DNA of 64,000 nucleotides from Perkinsela sp. CCAP 1560/9 (taxonomy: Eukaryota; Protista; Euglenozoa: Kinetoplastea), in the NCBI GenBank assembly GCA_965644495.1, contig CBFFSA010000010.1, positions 248,001 through 312,000 on the forward strand. Reading direction: 5' to 3'. Below, piece after piece: positions 43,207 through 54,869 of this stretch. Under the pieces are notes generated by a model that saw only the letters and a program-made list of their open reading frames with translations, was not told the origin of the DNA and made no database searches. How positions within the stretch are numbered: the first letter of the stretch is position 1; each line of letters begins with the position of its first letter. The position numbers and the translations under genes are program-made.

Positions 43207-45774
43207 ATGCCCAATGGTATGAATTCAGTGCCACGCGTCACCTGCTCTGATCCAGGAAACAGAGTTCGGAAAGGGGCGAAGTCTTCTGCATCGATTCTTC
43301 CGGATGAGATGAAGATGGAACTGCTTGTGCGTAACATCGAGAATCCTGATGAAACTTGGAATTCCGACACGCCCATTGATAGATGGAGTGGTGTGTACTG
43401 TGAAAAGGGATTGCACGCCCCCTACGTGTACAAAATTGTGTGGAAACTAAAGGGCCTGAGCGGTAACCTATCCTGGCTATATCTTCCCTCGGAATTGTGC
43501 TTTATGGATGTACATAGAAACCGGCTCGCAGGGGAAGTTGATCTCAGCTACTTGCCTCGCAAACTCTGGACACTCTGGGCTGATCGGAACCACTTTGTAG
43601 GTCACGTTCAGCTGAGTTCGTTGCCCAGCAAATTACAGAGCCTCTACTTGTCACGAAATCGACTTGACGGTTCTGTCGATCTAACCGGGTTGCCGCGGGA
43701 TATGCAGCGCTTAGTGCTACGCTACAATTCCTTTACGAAATTGGAGCTAGCACGTGACAATAGTTATCCTATTGGGTTAATCCTGATTTCCCTGCAGTGG
43801 AATGAGTTTACGCTACGCGAAGAGTTGTTGGACATGTTGCCCGAGTTTGTTTTAGTGGAACCTCAGAAAACCATCCTTCGACAAAATTATTGCGAGGCAC
43901 AGGACAAAAATATTAACATGAGCCTCTCTAAATACGATGAACAGTATCGTAGTTTGTCACTCCTTGTCCAAAATTTATATCCGCGTCATCATACATGGAA
44001 ATCATCTGAAAATGTTTGTTTGTGGCACGGCATGCAATGTAATGCCCAGGGCGAAGTGATAGCGTTAACTTTGCAGGATGAGGACCTAAGCGGGAATTTG
44101 ACATGGCGAGAACTGCCTACAAATTTGCTGCGCTTTGACATATCACGGAACCAAATTCGAGGCGAGACTGATACGGAGCACCTTCCCCGTCGGCTGACGA
44201 GACTATGCGCGAAAGAGAACAAACTGTCTGGTGAAGTATCGCTTATCCATCTACCGCATTCCCTTAATTCCTTAGATATATCGTACAATGAGTTTATAGG
44301 ACATTTGAATCTTAGCAGGCTTCCGCCAAAGTTGTGTTCTCTTGTGGCCGATCATAATCAGTTCACATCAGTTGAAGGACTTGATGGGTTGCCGATCGGA
44401 TTTAAGATTTCGCTACATGAAAATTACCTCCCAAATATCAGTCCTGAGGTGCGTGATTCTTTTAAATGCAACGTACGGTATGGGTGGCAAAAGACAGCGC
44501 CTGCTGAGGTTAAAATCAGCCCTCAATTTTACCTAATGCTAGATGCGCTTGAGTCCCAAGATGTTCTTCTGCCTCGTTTTATTCACAATGTTGCGGGGCA
44601 ACACCCGAGTTGGCTGACAGGGAAAGCCGTGTGTATACAATGGTGGCCTGTGATATGTGACGCGTGGCAACAAGTTGTCGTTTTGCGCTGGTCCCGGTTT
44701 GGTTTGTTCGGCAACCTTACGTGGCGCTACATCCCTCGAGACCTCCGTGTGTTAGATTTAAGCGAGAATAGGCTTGGAGGTCAGATAATGTGGGAAGCAC
44801 TGCCCAGTTTTCTACACACACTGCTGCTCCGTAAGAACTTATTCATGGGCCACATAGATTTAACGTCACTTCCTACTGGGCTTCAGGTCCTTGACCTCTC
44901 ATCCAACGACTTTTCTGGAGGAGTGTCGCTGTCCTTACTGCCCCCTTCGATGGAAATGCTCCGAATACAAAGTAATTTACTTAATACAATCGTGATACCT
45001 AAGGAAGGGTGTGCTTTTCCCAAAAGTCTTCAAATTGCGAACCTTCGTGGAAACCCACTTTTGTTGGACCCAAATTTGCAGTTACCCCACTTTTTACTCG
45101 TTTCAATGGAAAATCTGACACTGGTCACAGATGAAAAGAGGGCAGATCTAAGAATCGCTCGACGTACTGCAACAACTTCAAGAAGATGTGATCAGATAAA
45201 AACGTTTGTTCGTGATGACGAAAAACTGTACAGTTTCGTTCGTCATATCAGAAACCCTCATGTTTCATGGAGAGCCTCAAACTCGCCTTGCCTGTGGCAC
45301 GGGGTAAAGTGTGATCCCATGCAAAATATATCTGAGCTGCGATTTGAATCGCTTTCACTAAAAGGAAACATGACTTGGGAGTTTATTCCCTCAACACTGC
45401 TTACGCTGGATGTTTTACACAATCAACTTACGGGCAGAGTGAATGATTTGTTTTCCGCGCGCTCGAACATATGGAAAATTGCCCTAAATGATAATACCTT
45501 CTACGGAGAAATAGACTTTACAAGTCTCTCGCCCAAAATTCGACAGCTATTGTGCTCGCATAATCAAATTCAGGGCCTCGTCGACCTGAGAGTACTTTCA
45601 GAGACTTTGCAAGTTCTGGACATCCGACAAAATAAGTTTCAAGAATTTCTTTGTGGAAGGTACTTACCCGAGAAACTAAGAGTTGTTCGCATAGACGAGG
45701 AACTTCTGTTACATGTTCCATTGGATTCCTTACCGAAGCGATTACGAAAAAATATATGTCGTAAACCAAATTAA
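43207..45774 (+). CDS. LRR protein made of four tandem cap+LRR modules
   Basis: Four repeats of NP..(T/S)W......C.W.GV.C ... L.GNLTW..LP, each followed by LRRs. Confidence 0.9.
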   Translation: MPNGMNSVPRVTCSDPGNRVRKGAKSSASILPDEMKMELLVRNIENPDETWNSDTPIDRWSGVYCEKGLHAPYVYKIVWKLKGLSGNLSWLYLPSELCFMDVHRNRLAGEVDLSYLPRKLWTLWADRNHFVGHVQLSSLPSKLQSLYLSRNRLDGSVDLTGLPRDMQRLVLRYNSFTKLELARDNSYPIGLILISLQWNEFTLREELLDMLPEFVLVEPQKTILRQNYCEAQDKNINMSLSKYDEQYRSLSLLVQNLYPRHHTWKSSENVCLWHGMQCNAQGEVIALTLQDEDLSGNLTWRELPTNLLRFDISRNQIRGETDTEHLPRRLTRLCAKENKLSGEVSLIHLPHSLNSLDISYNEFIGHLNLSRLPPKLCSLVADHNQFTSVEGLDGLPIGFKISLHENYLPNISPEVRDSFKCNVRYGWQKTAPAEVKISPQFYLMLDALESQDVLLPRFIHNVAGQHPSWLTGKAVCIQWWPVICDAWQQVVVLRWSRFGLFGNLTWRYIPRDLRVLDLSENRLGGQIMWEALPSFLHTLLLRKNLFMGHIDLTSLPTGLQVLDLSSNDFSGGVSLSLLPPSMEMLRIQSNLLNTIVIPKEGCAFPKSLQIANLRGNPLLLDPNLQLPHFLLVSMENLTLVTDEKRADLRIARRTATTSRRCDQIKTFVRDDEKLYSFVRHIRNPHVSWRASNSPCLWHGVKCDPMQNISELRFESLSLKGNMTWEFIPSTLLTLDVLHNQLTGRVNDLFSARSNIWKIALNDNTFYGEIDFTSLSPKIRQLLCSHNQIQGLVDLRVLSETLQVLDIRQNKFQEFLCGRYLPEKLRVVRIDEELLLHVPLDSLPKRLRKNICRKPN

Positions 45775-45972
45775 GTACTCGATAATAATATAGAATGAAC
45801 GATGCCTTATATCACGTACATGCTAACACATGTAGATATGCTACCTGTACGTACCTGTACATGTAATGGCTTTATATTGCAGTACAGTACATGCATGTGC
45901 CCTACTTCAGAACCCTTTTCGAAAACACATTAGAAAAAAAATATACAACCAGTAGGAGAAAACTGAGATCAG

Positions 45973-46426
45973 TAGGGAAAGTCAAACGACAACCAGCTGG
46001 TCGTGATTGCTTCGTCAATGCAATGCGACTCGTTCTACTTGTCGGAGAAATATAGATAAACTTGTCACGAGATATAAAGAGGCTTCTCATGGTCGTACCT
46101 GGCATTGCTATCAAATGGATAGTTTTTTTAAAGACTTTCAATTTTTTGTAACGATGTAGGGGGGTAGGGGTTCGGGAACGACAAATAAAGAAAGTTGTAA
46201 GGAAAAAAGATGGAACTACTCTTTTCGGAATTTAATAACAGAAACACATATCCCCACTTAAGAGTCCAAATGTCTAAAATCGGCTGTCTCTTAAGTAGGG
46301 GGAGATAGTAAATCGATGTAATAGTTCGTAGGATAAGCGAAAAACAATGAGGATAAGCACTGAACGACAACCAGCTGGTCGTGATTGAAATATCGTGCAA
46401 TGCGACTCGTTCTATTTGTCGGAGAA
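45973..46426 (+). repeat. Dispersed repeat C (copies at 45973-46095, 46363-46426 and 62742-62930)
   Basis: AACGACAACCAGCTGGTCGTGATTG...TGCAATGCGACTCGTTCTAYTTGTCGGAGA in all three copies. Confidence 0.9.
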
Positions 46427-46728
46427 CTACACCTTGTACACATACACCTTGTACAGATACACCTTGAATGTTGCCAAAAAAAATCGTACGTAGTAATTCG
46501 TACCTACAGTAGACTTAAAAATAAATTTCATTCTCAAATTCTCAAAGTGCCGCTTTCGTATATTTTTATATAATTCAATTTTAATGCATTGCGAAATTTC
46601 ACATTTTATTTTGCTTTTTCCCTGTACAGTCCGTGAGGGAATTTACTTGAAAGCTACTTCGCGTTGGACCGACTAATTTCGCGGTTAGGATTTCCATCTC
46701 TAATAATTAGAGGCTATTTACCGGTACT

Positions 46729-47415
46729 ATGCAATCCGGTGAAACTCCCAAGATTCATGACATCTTGTCGTTGGTTACCGATGCCGCGCAGGACGTCACG
46801 GAAGGCCTTCTTTGGTCTTCCCCCAAACTTCCCGCACGGCCTGCTCATTCTCACACCCACGAGGACACGTACGACATAAGCTTACGAGGCTACCCAGGGG
46901 AGGACGGCATTGTGTACGAAATCCCTCTCCCGGCTGCAACCCCCTCCGAATTTCACTGCCGTCGTCGTGCGCACAACATCCATGTGCTACTGGATAATGT
47001 GTGTGACCTCTCACGATATGACTTACTTCCACAGACGCCCCGGGAGAGGGCGTTCTGGGATGCCTATCCGTGGCAAAAGACCCAGCTTTTTATCACCCCT
47101 TTCCTGACTTCCCTTCCCCCGTGTTATCTGCTCCTGCGCGTCGCACAAAGTCGACTACGGACGTATCGGCACGGTGCCTGGGCGATCCCATTTGCGGCAC
47201 TGATCGCGGAACAGTGGTATGAGCGCTACTTCCCACATTACGCTCTTCTTTCCGAGGCGCTGAGCGCCAGGACCCCACTCGGGGATGCCGCACGAGCGGA
47301 GTGGCAAAGACTCCAGCCCGTAGCCATCCCGTCCTTGGATTGGACCGTATACCGGATTTACCGGTGGCTAGGCATGCAAAGGGAGGGATTTGAGTTTGGG
47401 GGTAAATTGGAGTAA
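46729..47415 (+). CDS. Hypothetical protein
   Basis: 228-aa ORF with coding-like composition on the genic strand; no motif recognised. Confidence 0.65.
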   Translation: MQSGETPKIHDILSLVTDAAQDVTEGLLWSSPKLPARPAHSHTHEDTYDISLRGYPGEDGIVYEIPLPAATPSEFHCRRRAHNIHVLLDNVCDLSRYDLLPQTPRERAFWDAYPWQKTQLFITPFLTSLPPCYLLLRVAQSRLRTYRHGAWAIPFAALIAEQWYERYFPHYALLSEALSARTPLGDAARAEWQRLQPVAIPSLDWTVYRIYRWLGMQREGFEFGGKLE

Positions 47416-48104
47416 GTGCAAATTTGACACTTTACGAAAAAGTAAATCCGTAATTAGTTTACACGTTCGACGTTTGATTAAATCGCGAAATCGTGTGAGA
47501 TCGCGCAGGATCACCCTGTGGCTCCTCATTTTTAGTGGATAATACTCCGGTGATGGAGCGCTCGTCACGCTCGTCGAGCGGTGTTCATTCAAAATTTTCA
47601 ACGATTCCTTTAGTTATCCGATTTCCGCCTTACATCTTTTTTGTGGGCAACGCTAAGCGTCGCTTATTTCGACCGTTGTGTTCCACCCTACCATTGCAGC
47701 CATAGCAGTATGATGGTAAGTACATGATTACATTTACTCGGAGATGTTTTTGATACAATTTTTGGGCGAAGGTGTCCTCTGAGAAAAAGAACACATTTTT
47801 TGAGCGCTGCAACGAGAGGTAGTAAAAAAGCGAGTCAGCTAGATGAAGCCAAAACATTCAACGTTAATTCATAGTCGAACTAGTATCTTACAACCCCCCC
47901 CTTGCCAGAATAAAATATAATCGGGTTTTCGTTGTGGTAAAACCTACCCCAAAGCATTTATCTACCTATATTTTTTTGTCAATGATTTGCACTGGAATCG
48001 TAGAAATTTCGTAGAAATTTTTCAATGCCTAGTCGCTCGGATTGATACAGAAAGTCGAGCTAAATTTTTCCAGTCTTATTAGCAATTAAACCTTGGGGAA
48101 GGGG

Positions 48105-49690
48105 GGGCACTCGATGAATATTCATCGAACGGACAGTGCGTTTGATGAATCATTCATCGAACAGGATGCCCTGTTCGATGAATAAAAACGCAATTTCTTT
48201 TGTAAAAAAAGCTCGACGAACGGAGCTAGGTTTTTTATTGTAAGCGAGACTGAATTACTGTTGGAAAAGGTTATAGCCCTTGCGCGCAGTAATAGGGATC
48301 GTGAGGACACGTACAGAAACAGCATCTTTATGCCTTGAAGGATTAAACCTTGCTTACATGGTATTCTTGCGCCCAAAACAATTTCTTTTTTTACTTTTTT
48401 TTATTTTTTCTTGTTTTTTTAGCCAGTCAGGTTGAGCCCTGAGTCCCAGCAAAATAAGTAATACACAAAAAAAGACTGCGTATGAACAAATATTATAAAA
48501 AGCGTCATCCCTCGTAGTCTGATGCGCAACTAACGGAACTGAGTTCCTCAAATTCTTCGGGAACGGGAAAACCGTAGTTGTCTTTAATACACTTCATTAT
48601 ATTCACAAAGCGACTCTGCCAAGACTGCTCGCGGCCATTATGGGTATCCCCATACTTTACACACTGGAGCGCGACGTTTCGTTGCAATTCCAACGTTGTT
48701 GCCCCAATATACATTATAGTGTTGGAGTCTTACCGAATACTTAATGGTGTTGTGGACACTCCCAGCGCCATTAGTATGATATCCCTTCTCGTTCACAAAC
48801 TCCTTACTATGATTCACGGAGTAGTGACGACAAACTTTGTCCAAACCATTGTAAGCCCCCCAACAATCGCTCACTACCACGGATCGCGCACTGGTAAGAT
48901 GGGGAATGATGAAGCCATGGAGGGTAGGCGTATCACGACGCTTTACCAATTTCCAATGGGTCCGCCCCGTTTTACCAGTGCCACGAGACTCCGTGACAGT
49001 TGCGAACCACCATCCCCTTTTCCGCTGTCTACGGTCCCGATTATACTTCCGTTTGCCGATGAAGGTCTCATCGACCTGCACTCGACTGAATTCATAATGA
49101 AACATGGTTTCGTTACGGAGCGCTGCATCCGCAAGAGTGTGCAGGAGATCCTGAACCACCTTGCGATCAAGTCCACGATTACGAGTTATCTGTCCCGTGC
49201 ACATGTTGTTCGCAATGTCTGCCAATACGAGCAAGAATTGCCCTGGAGTAAGTTGCGTACGGGGAGAAATAAATGGTGACCACTTACAAACTTTCAATCG
49301 GCAACCTTGCCGGGACCACTTACAAACTTTCAATCGGTTCACCTTGCCGGGTTCTCGATGCCCACACATACTTAGATTTGGTTTCCCTGGAACGTCGGAC
49401 ATAAAGTGCATCCCGTGCGAAGGACAAATGGGTGGGAAAAACAAATCATGATTCCGCATCCAGTCTTCTGCACCAGTCCTTGTTGCATCAGTCCTTGTGG
49501 AACATCTGTAATACTCCGCCAATGAGAAACACAGGTAAAAGTGGGACAGGAACAGGTCGTCTGCGCCGAATAGAGGAATCGAGTTGTTCTTGTTGGGGAG
49601 GAGGGAATTCACGCAGCCCAGTAGGCGGCCTCTCGTAAGTAGCAGTTTCCAGGAGAGCCATAAATCGGGCGAACATTCGCTGAATGAAAT
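48105..49690 (-). mobile_element. Merlin transposon copy 2, 5'-truncated and fused to a hAT remnant
   Basis: QVDETFIGKRKYNR, VVSDCWGAY, VNHSKEFV; 3' end GGGCACTCGATGAATATTCATCGAAC. Confidence 0.9.
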
Positions 49691-50986
49691 GGACGGACGA
49701 TCTCTGTAATGAGCCAGAGAATCACGGGCCACAAGGTTCAAAAGATGCCCGAAACATGAAAGCTCTAGGACGCAGGGAATGTTTGCTCGCACTCTTTGAC
49801 TTAAATTGGTATAGTCCAGCGTTCCCACGGCTTGGTAGCGATCATATATTTCTTTAAGCCGGGTTTCCGTGGCAGCACGTGTAACGTGATTCACTGGACA
49901 ACCGTCAACCATGAGATACCTTAGTTTCTGCACAGTGTCCCCCAGTCCACCACGAAGCATCGTGACAAGATGGGACGCCATTTCCACACCGTTAAACGCC
50001 TTTTTGCGCTGGTGGTATACGGGGGTGAGCACGAAAGATTCCATACCGACGTACAGTACGCTGATGACAAGATGTTGGGGTTTTATGGTATCGATCCCTC
50101 CGTCTATTGACAAACCAAAAAACTCATGCGTACTCACGACTTCTCGGATTTTTTCCCAAAGCTTGCAAGCCAGTTGTTTTTCTTTGACATGAAAAGTTTT
50201 AGGGCACGGTAGGCCGGTCATTATGGAAGTCGGTGTATCATTAGGTCGCATTTCTTCGTAAGTACGGATGAAGCACAAAAAACTCTCAGTAGACATATTA
50301 ACTTTTGCTGCGGGAAAGGAAAGACACTCGCTGAAAAATGCTCTTTCGATACAACCTGATTGTCCAAGGTATGTTCGTTAACTTGTTCATCCAGTGCCGT
50401 ACATCTGTTCTTATGTTGGGTAAACGTTTGAATACACTTGCTGTGAAATATGGTAAAACAAAGGTTGCACACTGCGTGACGCCTCTGATTCGCAGGGTCT
50501 TTTAAATGTGCCGGCTTCGGATCTACGATCCAATTCCTTTTTATATGATTTTGATTTTACGTCATCGGTAAACAAGCAAAGCTCATAGGAGAAAAAATTG
50601 TGCTGCTTTCCATGTTTTAGAGGGTCTTCCACGTTTCCGGTGTGTGATTTGGACTTCGTAGTGTTCCTGGTTGGGGTGAGCTCCGAGGACAGTGCAGCTT
50701 GAGACCGCGACTCAAGCAAGTCGGAGAGATCCTGAGAAGAGTCGGAGAGATCCTGAGAAGAGCCGGAGAGATCCTGAGAAGAGCCGGAGAGATCCTGAGA
50801 AGCTTCATGCTCCTTCCTGATAATCCTTCTCCGCGCCTGAGAAGCACTTGGCGTTGCCGGTGACGCTTTTGAATTTACCATTTCCTGTGACTCAGTTTGG
50901 TTGTCGGACGACCGCTTTGTTCTGGAACGTTTACCTGTCTTGCCTGGGCTCATGAGGATAAGGTATAACAGTTGAAGACTTGACAA
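49690..50986 (-). pseudogene. hAT-like transposase, N-terminal half (BED-like Zn finger, first two catalytic Asp, CxxH)
   Basis: CNLC...H...C, FGLSIDGG, YLMVDGCPVN, SCFGHLLNLVARD. Confidence 0.8.
50720..50802 (-). repeat. 21-bp tandem repeat x4 (SQDLSGS)
   Basis: GYCGGAGAGATCCTGAGAAGA repeated. Confidence 0.95.
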
Positions 50987-50990
50987 AAAT

Positions 50991-51227
50991 CTAGTTTATT
51001 GCAATAGCACCTTTGATTACTTTCATCGACAATAAAATCATGGTTCCCGGCTTCTCGGATTGCTCCATGCAATGCTGCCCATGCTCAGGACAGATCGCTG
51101 GCTTGCAAGGAAAATGTTTTTTCGACCATTGAATGATATCGTCACCGCAAGGGACTTGTAGCTTAAAACGCCACTCTTTAACACAAGCGAACTCCGCACA
51201 TCCATGACACAGAGCGTAATCACTCAT
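50991..51227 (-). pseudogene. Merlin transposase N-terminal fragment (third, divergent copy)
   Basis: LCHGCAEFACVKEWR...CPEHG aligns with VCRGCPGYACVRLWR...CPDHG of 38048. Confidence 0.7.
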
Positions 51228-51359
51228 AATTCTTCTTTCTCGGACGAATAAGCGGATTCACTTCTAGTCGCGGTGGATCGCTGTACTGGGATCCGAGAAA
51301 TTTCGCTTGGCGTTCCGCTACAATCTTAAACACGTATGTGTCTGCCTATGAGATCTCTC

Positions 51360-51930
51360 TAAAATGCGACCAATGAGGAATATTTCCTGGACTAGTATAT
51401 TAATCATGCAGCTGAGCTGCAGAGATAAGCACTGAGAAAGAAGACACGCACAAAACGTGCCGCTTGCTCAGAAGTCGTCACTGCTGAAAGTTGAGCACCT
51501 CCCACGTAGGGTTGTCACGGTACTGGTAGATTACAAAGCTACCTGGAATAGCGCGCTGGTCCATCTTCTCCCGGTACGCAGAAGCAGCACTTTTGCTGCC
51601 TCCGAATAGGGACTTTAGCGCACGCGTAGTAGAGTTTAACTTCCCCCTTGCCCCTACTTCAAAGACTAGAACAAACGTCGAAGGATTATGTAGTTTCCAT
51701 TGATTATAGATATAGCTGTATTTCCGAACCATCCGCTCATGAGCCTCTGTAAAGTTTTCCTCCCAGGGGGAGGTTAATTCGATGATAAATTCCGTCCCAT
51801 TGTGCAGCTTCACCCACCCGTCTGGTCTCACTTCAGTTTGGTGCGAGAGCAGGGATGGTGGGTTCCTGTATAAGTGCAGGTCGAAATGCACGTGGGAGGT
51901 AGCGGGTGACGCGGCCACGGCGTCCGCAAG
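51360..51930 (-). pseudogene. 5'-truncated copy of the RLE retrotransposon (RLE plus 3' UTR)
   Basis: HFDL..RPDGWVKLHNG..IIELTSPWEENF..FEVGARG; the 3' UTR shares CGTTTTGTGCG with about 60493. Confidence 0.9.
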
Positions 51931-52487
51931 GGTTACGGTGGGACTTCGGAGTCTTTGTGTAAACAGTTCAGACAACTTAATTTTACAAAACCTACAACAA
52001 AAGGTCCTGAAAGCCTGAAGTTTGAACGCCGACGTCGGGCATAGGAAGGGTGTAGGGGGAGTGTAAAGTAAGAATGATAAAAGTATGTGTTCCTAGCATA
52101 CATGGAGAAACATTATTTCTTACAGCAATATTTCGGGTAGCCACATTACTGTATTAACTACCACAACTTTCTTTACTTTGGAGTGCTTTCTGCTACAGGA
52201 CTTTTTTTCGTGTACTTTCTGCTTCTTTTTAATATAGTCTTTATTGATCCTTTCATTGGCCTCTTTGTTTTAGAGAAAGGGAACTCAGCCACAGCTTCCA
52301 AGGGCCGAACGAAGGCTAGCTTTCTGTCATCGTTGGACCAGAATTGTATGGTCCCAGGGCCCACGAAAGAATGTCGTAGAGCTCTGCAATTCGTTTCTTT
52401 AGATAACGCGGTGTGGGCCTCATAGAAAAGAAGAACTTTTAGGCTATAGATTTTATCTTCCACTATTACATTGTTTTTTGTACTCTA

Positions 52488-52680
52488 TATGAGGCCCACA
52501 CCACGTTATCCAAAGAAACGAATTGCAGAGCTCTACGACAACGGTGCGTCTATGAAGTCTATCTCCAATGCAATATATTTAAGCATCTCAAAAATTTCAA
52601 TAATTCTAAAAGAAAAAGGACCTGACACTACCAGGCTGCAGGGTGGACGCCCTCAAAAGCCTTCCGAGCCGTGTGCGACG
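52488..52680 (+). pseudogene. Tc1-like transposase HTH fragment
   Basis: KKRIAELYDNGASMKSISNAIYLSISKISIILK...GGRPQK. Confidence 0.65.
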
Positions 52681-52885
52681 ACTTGTGTTCTCCGGCAATT
52701 ATGCGTGAGAGGTTTCATCTCAGCTGCGCCTAAACTTACACAACTAAACTTACACAAAAACCCATTCACGTTGCAGGAGGACGTTTATATCTATTTCGAA
52801 AACTTGACACACACCTATACCATGAACATGGTATAGGTGTGTGTCAAGTTTGCCCGAGTGCACACAATTTTATATCAAAAAGCGC

Positions 52886-54605
52886 TCATTGATCAGTGTC
52901 CGCATCAATCACTTCCTCACCGAAAGAAAGCTGCTGAAAAGTATTGGAGACGACTTCTGTCTCCAAAGCAGCTTCTGCAGGCGTTGCGCCAACCACAAGG
53001 GTACTACCACGTAGAGATTGTACCCGTTGGGGGGAAATTGTTTCTGCGCCTCGTAGAAGGTGGGATGAGAGCTTGCGTTCAAATTCCACACCATACGCTT
53101 CTATGGCAGGAAAGGACTGTAGCGCTTCAGTGACAAAACGCGTGATTTTCTGACGCGTGGGGCGGGAAACCCGTTCTGAGAGGCACGCCAGGTAGAAAAT
53201 TTATCCCGGTAATGGTGCTTGAACGCTCGGTTGACTGCAACATCCATGAGTTGGATGAGCGAGGTGCAACCTGAAGGAATGAACAAGACATCAACCTCTT
53301 GCTCACGAAGGTAAGAATTTCGTGAGTTCGATGAGCAGCATAGAGGTTAATCACAAGTAAATTTGTCGCGGAGGATAACGCGCATGGTCTAACAACTCTC
53401 GTTGAAGCCATGCCAGAAAAGAGTCGCCATTTGTCCACCCCGATGCAGTTGTGGTGGCAGTACAACGGTACTTTACAGCTGCTGCGTTGATTTCCCGAGA
53501 GATGGGGCCTGTGGAGGACTGCGCCTGCCAGATGAGATGAGGGAGCAACATGGTGTGGTCCCAAACGCCACCCGCGCCTCGAACGGAGCGCGCCGCGAAA
53601 AAAGCTGTCGTCATTTGGCGTTCCGTTCCGGCTGTGCTAACTCGCACCCGCCGCGTCCCACGAAGTTCAATTGTAACACTACTTACAGGTTCCCACACAA
53701 CTCCGGTCTCATCACCCGTGAGGATGACAGATTAACCTCTGCGATCGACGTTCATCAGAGTCATCATCTCGAGAAAGTTTCGGACCCGTTCATCAGCATC
53801 TGTCGGAACGAGTTGAGTGCAACCGTTTACACGACGGCGACAAACGTTCGCAAATCGACAAAAGCGCTGCCAGAACTTTTCCTTCCCATTTTCTGTGAAT
53901 TGACTGAAATGGTCAAATGTCCCAAAGTATTGAAACATCATCGATTTTGTGACCCCGACGAGCGCGTCACGCAAGACCGCAATCATGCGAGAACCCTGAG
54001 TGTACAATTCCTGATTCTGACGCGGCGGGTGGAATTGATAGGAACTTCCGTGGCCAAGGCGCACAAGCCTCATCCACTCCTCCTTCTTCAGGACGATTTT
54101 TCGCACCGTGGAAGGAGTGATGCGAAACTCTGCGGCAACTGTTGCTTCGGGCTTCATAGCTTCTATTGAAGCACAAATGTTAAGTTTCTGCTGGATAGTA
54201 AGCTCGACACGACTTTTTCGTGGACGGTCTTGTTGAACTTGAGCACGGGCCAATAGTTCAACGTTTGGGATAACATTGACTACGGCATTCGGATCCGGAA
54301 TTACGACAACCGCTTCTTGTGGTAAGAGTGCGTTGCGGACCTGCCCTGCATGAAAAACCAGCCGATTCAAGTCAGACATTCAGAGAGAAAGAGAGGGAGG
54401 ATGAGTCGTAGAAAAAAGAATTCAAGAGTTGTAGATAGATAAATACTTTAAAATAGCAACGCATTGTACAGCTACCTCAAATCTAAAACAATAAAAAAGT
54501 TCGGAAAAAAGGCCAAGGTCCAGGTACGCTACTTATCCTTGCGGATAAGTAAGGTTTGGGATTTTGTGATAAGTAGCGTACCTGGATAAGTAAGGGGGGT
54601 AACGG
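52886..54605 (-). mobile_element. pogo/Tigger-like element with decayed transposase (54379 to about 52886)
   Basis: LTIQQKLNIC..VAAEFRITPSTVRKI, GDETGV, SGWTNGDSF, LVINLYAAH, IPSGCTSLIQLMDVAVNRAFK. 5' end TA|CCGTTACCCCCCTTACTTATCC at 54605. Confidence 0.88.
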
Positions 54606-54840
54606 TAATTCGGTTTAACAGGGTATGGCTTGCACGTGCTTTGCGAAGCAAACCATATCCCTTAATCTCTACAGGCAATCGCCCTGTATGAAATAATAAA
54701 TAAGCGATAACAACTTGACGGGGATACTGAATTTGGAGCATTTCCAGTCTACATTAAAAGGTCTTAACCTGGAATACAACGATTGTTCCGGTGCAGTTAA
54801 GCTTAACGCACTTCCTCCAGGCCTGGAACTCCTAATATAT

Positions 54841-54869
54841 AATAAAGATGCAGTTTCTGTACCTTGTTG
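54841..54869 (+). other. Spliced-leader (mini-exon) relic
   Basis: AATAAAGATGCAGTTTCTGTACCTTGTTG: the conserved SL core CAGTTTCTGTAC followed by 7 nt ending in TTG, with no GT donor after it. Confidence 0.8.
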
